From an uncultured Hyphomicrobium sp. (GTDB lineage Bacteria; Pseudomonadota; Alphaproteobacteria; Rhizobiales; Hyphomicrobiaceae): 63,523 nt of DNA. Position 1 is the first letter of the stretch. Every line of letters begins with the position of its first letter. Of the stretch, positions 61,328-63,523 are shown piece by piece. Where the stretch lies: NCBI GenBank assembly GCA_964622715.1, contig CAZURR010000001.1, positions 31,495 to 95,017 on the forward strand. The letters run 5' to 3'. Below the pieces are notes generated by a model. That model was given only the letters and a program-made list of their open reading frames with translations. It ran no database searches and was not told the DNA's origin. The position numbers and the translations under genes were made by a program.

Positions 61328-61739
61328 GCAAGCGGTCTCCTAAGGGCTGGGGCGACAATGTTCTCTGGGCCCAGCGGGAACGTTGTCGGCAGCCCTATAC
61401 CACCTGAGTCGGGGAGATGGAAGGTGGGGGGATAGGTCGGCGGCTTGCCTAATGCCTTCATGGAGCGGGATTTGGCGGACGCAGGCGACTTCCTGCGCAA
61501 CAGCGCACGCCATTGGTCAGTCTACGACTGCTTCACGCAGTGGAACTTTAACAACCGACGCATCGAGGCCGGCACCCTCTACCTGTCCTATTACGACCTT
61601 CTCGACACGATTTATTGAGCGGTGCGGATCTGGTGCTTATCCTTCGTAAGCGGCTCATTGGGCAGTCTGCCACAGAGAGCGGCCATTAGGCCCAAGGTGC
61701 AAACGCTTGTGCCGCGGTCAATGGGCGTGGTCGGCACTG

Positions 61740-61914
61740 TATATTGTGAGATCCCGTGCTTGCGGCACACCTCCGCCATCGGCCGCCCAGCCTCCTGCTC
61801 GCGCAGGATCGCGATGATCTGTTCCTCAGAAAACCTGCTCTTACGCATCGTCCGTCTCCACTCCGGAGTGACGGACTCTACCCAAATCCGGAGGAGATCG
61901 AGGGGCTCGGGTCA
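61740..61914 (-). mobile_element. IS3-family (IS407-like) remnant: left end plus truncated orfA
   Basis: MRKSRFSEEQIIAILREQEAG...EVCRKHGISQ then loss of similarity; TG-initiated end (TGACCCGAGCCCC) at 61914; no orfB or right end seen. Confidence 0.8.
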
Positions 61915-62370
61915 CGATGCTACGCCGCGAATTTTCCTCGAAGTTCCCCTCATAACCATTGCCGGACGATCGCCAAGCGACATTTGCACGTCCGCTCTTA
62001 GGCTGAGTACGTACGTTCCCAACAAACCTTATCCCCCCTCCTCTTAACACCCTTAAACTCCCGCCGCCCATTCCTTTAGACCGGGAGTGCAGACGTGCGC
62101 TGGCGGACTGTACGGAATGGGCCGGCGCAACAGGCATGGGGGACATAAGCTTCCCCCTCGTCAGTGCTGCCGCCGGCGCAAAAATGCCGGCGACCCCCCG
62201 GGGCAGGGATGCAACCTGAGGAATGGCGGCGGACAAACCGTTGCGCTGCGTGGGGCGGCGAAGGCCGCATCCGCAACAACCAAAGAGATGGGCCGGACCC
62301 GCCCCGCTCCCCGTTTTCTCACTCCTCGGGCTGAAACGCCGCGAGGTGCACGCGCTCACCTATTCAGCAG

Positions 62371-62478
62371 CGTCATACCGCTGAAGAGCGGGATCCACGC
62401 AAGTGTCCGCTTGCGCTAGTTCTGCGACGTGGCATTTCTGGCCTACTTGCGGAGATCCCGGCCTGCGCCGGGATGACA
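62371..62478. repeat. REP-like (CGTC-type) doublet
   Basis: CGTCATaccgc-tgaaga-gcgggatcc ... gatcccgg-cctgcg-ccgggATGAC; left half is shared with 13221-13263. Confidence 0.75.
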
Positions 62479-62514
62479 CATCGAGCGCACCGGTTCGCCT
62501 CTTTCCTGTTGGCG

Positions 62515-62528
62515 TTGATGCAGATCAA
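62515..62528. promoter_or_regulatory. FNR/FixK-type binding site
   Basis: Perfect TTGAT-gcag-ATCAA, 23 nt before TAGACT (62552-62557), upstream of the cytochrome c. Confidence 0.85.
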
Positions 62529-62648
62529 TCCTTTTGCCGGGAGCGCGACGTTAGACTGTGTTGCCCCCAGTTGGGCAAGAGGGTGCGGTCTAACATCGAG
62601 TTGGGGGGGCCGATTTCTTGCCTTCGACAGCAGGAGGAAGAGTCATCT

Positions 62649-62975
62649 ATGCGCATTCTGACCACGATCGCAGCATTGGCGTTGATCGCAGCTCCGAAGA
62701 TCGCCCGTGCCGTGGAACTCGGTGATCCGCAGCAGGGCCTCACCTACGCAAAACAAGTTTGCGCGGAGTGCCATGCGGTTGATGCGGGTGATGAACTTTC
62801 ACCGAACCCGGACGCACCGAGTTTTGAGGATGTGGCCAACACGCCGGGCATGACCGCCCGGGCGCTTGTCGTGTGGTTGCAAAGCCCCCATCCAACGATG
62901 CCCAATATCATGATCCCTGCCGGCGACACCGATAATATCGTCGCCTACATCACCAGCTTGCGTGCGAAGGAGTGA
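62649..62975 (+). CDS. Monoheme class I cytochrome c
   Basis: AGGAGG upstream; signal peptide; CAECH; PSF..VAN; HPTMP; AYITSLR. Confidence 0.9.
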   Translation: MRILTTIAALALIAAPKIARAVELGDPQQGLTYAKQVCAECHAVDAGDELSPNPDAPSFEDVANTPGMTARALVVWLQSPHPTMPNIMIPAGDTDNIVAYITSLRAKE

Positions 62976-63177
62976 GCGCCCTGCTTGCGGAATCCTGACT
63001 GGTCGCCGCCTTGAGAAGTGCTTTGGCGATGCAGATATGACTGTGTAGGAGGCACAATGAAGGCGGCAAAAGATTTGATAGAGATTACCAGCCGTTCGCC
63101 TGCAATGTGGGAGGCAACTTGAGATGTCATCGGCGGCTGGTCTTGAGGGACCGAGCATCCGCTGAGAAGGAGGCATC

Positions 63178-63523
63178 ATGATCAACCGAGCGATCTCAGA
63201 CATTATCAAACAGCAAAAGCTGCTTGTTCTGGCCGCGCACGAGACGGTGCAGCAGGCTTGCAATTGCATGTGGGAGGGTCGCGCCGGCTCCGTGCTAGTG
63301 GTTGACGATCAGCAGCGCTTGAGTGGCATCTTCACCGGCCGCGACGCTGTGCGTGCGCTTGCCGAAGGAAAGGATGCCGCTGTTACGGCGCTAGAGCAGG
63401 CGATGACGGCGAACCCCACCACGGTCGCGCCCGAGAGCCGCGCAATTGACGCGCTGCGGGCGATGAATGATGGCGGCTTCCGTCATCTACCGGTCGTCGA
63501 GAGCGGCAGGATTTGCGGCATTG
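63178..63523 (+). CDS. CBS-domain protein (cut off by the window end; absent from the ORF track)
   Basis: AAGGAGG RBS; MINRAISDII...GSVLVVD...LSGIFTGRD...AMTANP...GFRHLPVVE. Confidence 0.88.
   Translation, partial: MINRAISDIIKQQKLLVLAAHETVQQACNCMWEGRAGSVLVVDDQQRLSGIFTGRDAVRALAEGKDAAVTALEQAMTANPTTVAPESRAIDALRAMNDGGFRHLPVVESGRICGI

Noticed and set aside
63075-63088. TTGAT-agag-ATTAC before the CBS gene
   Set aside because: Two mismatches and no -10 at the 23-nt spacing seen for the two perfect boxes; plausible but unsupported

Overview
GC-rich chromosomal window from an alphaproteobacterium of the Hyphomicrobiales; the gene set looks Hyphomicrobiaceae-like (inference). Most of it is conserved core gene order: marC, usg, DUF1285, the moxR-DUF58-BatA/DUF4159-membrane protein operon, TPP riboswitch + thiC, bactofilin, DUF1134-cysQ-chpT, a fetAB-like ABC pair, holC, der-bamB-yfgM, panB, ppa, frameshifted prfB, PBP1A-amiC-rne, M48-dsbA-aroQ-accBC-aat and guaA/tspO/rsmB-like/guaB. 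After guaB comes an accessory stretch with an IS3 remnant, a REP-like element, a cytochrome c and a truncated CBS gene. The most notable signals lie outside the ORF track. (1) A ~244-bp promoter/25-codon ORF/terminator cassette is duplicated on both sides of a tautomerase gene, and its ribosome-binding site is a 14-nt perfect complement of the usual 16S rRNA 3' end. (2) A non-coding array at 54.3-54.75 kb holds three terminator-ended units with C-rich/CCUCC loops, a candidate cuckoo-like sRNA cluster. (3) A dispersed family of small exported 4-Cys proteins. (4) Two distant monoheme cytochrome c paralogues each carry a perfect FNR/FixK box at identical promoter spacing. (5) A long UUCG-capped orphan hairpin near 26.6 kb. 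(6) An apparent CTG start codon for ppa. All family calls come from motif recognition by eye; no database searches were run.
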